64,000 nt of DNA from Octopus vulgaris (taxonomy: Eukaryota), in NCBI GenBank assembly GCA_951406725.2, contig OX597823.1, positions 97,216,001 to 97,280,000 on the forward strand. The letters are read 5' to 3'. A model generated the notes under the pieces. That model did no database searches and was not told the DNA's origin. It saw only the letters and a list, made by a program, of their open reading frames with translations. A program made the position numbers and the translations under genes. Each line of letters opens with the position of its first letter. The first letter of the stretch is position 1. This document shows positions 63,700 through 64,000 of the stretch, piece after piece.

Positions 63700-64000
63700 A
63701 TTATATTGTGTAATATAACAGTGCATTTTACAACATTGAGAATTTATAATAAATTGTTATAAACTATTACATGGTAATTTATTTTTGACAAAAAATTAAT
63801 AATAATTTTACAGTCATACTTCAAGAACAAAAATTGCATAAACCAATGGATGGAATTCGAAATACATACAATACACAGCCCTGTTTTACATATACACATG
63901 AACAACATCGTGCAGAGATATATAAAGACACCCATTCATACATTATCATAGCTCATGTGTACAGACATTTATACATATACATGCACCCATATATACACAT

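Overview
AT-rich, microsatellite- and repeat-dense eukaryotic DNA. The SINE repertoire and simple-repeat load suggest an octopod (Octopus-like) genome, which is an inference. Two spliced plus-strand genes can be rebuilt with consistent intron phases: (i) a 3-coding-exon orphan gene (11140-22376, ~128 aa) and (ii) a 6-coding-exon glucosidase II beta (PRKCSH)-like gene (46132-62883, 347 aa). The second is unusually compact: it has an N-terminal signal-anchor, the G2B/LDLa-like domain and an MRH lectin domain, but no EF-hands, acidic tract or HDEL. The rest is mobile DNA: a nearly intact mariner, four non-autonomous Helitrons, MITEs (Merlin-, hAT-, piggyBac- and Tc1/pogo-like), relics of CRE-, R4/Dong-, Tx1-, Hero-, RTE- and Penelope-type retrotransposons, and many tRNA-derived SINEs. 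Several Penelope-type hammerhead ribozyme motifs are present, including in a tRNA-headed SINE-like element with inverted termini. Repeat boundaries were read by eye and are approximate unless TIR/TSD evidence is quoted.
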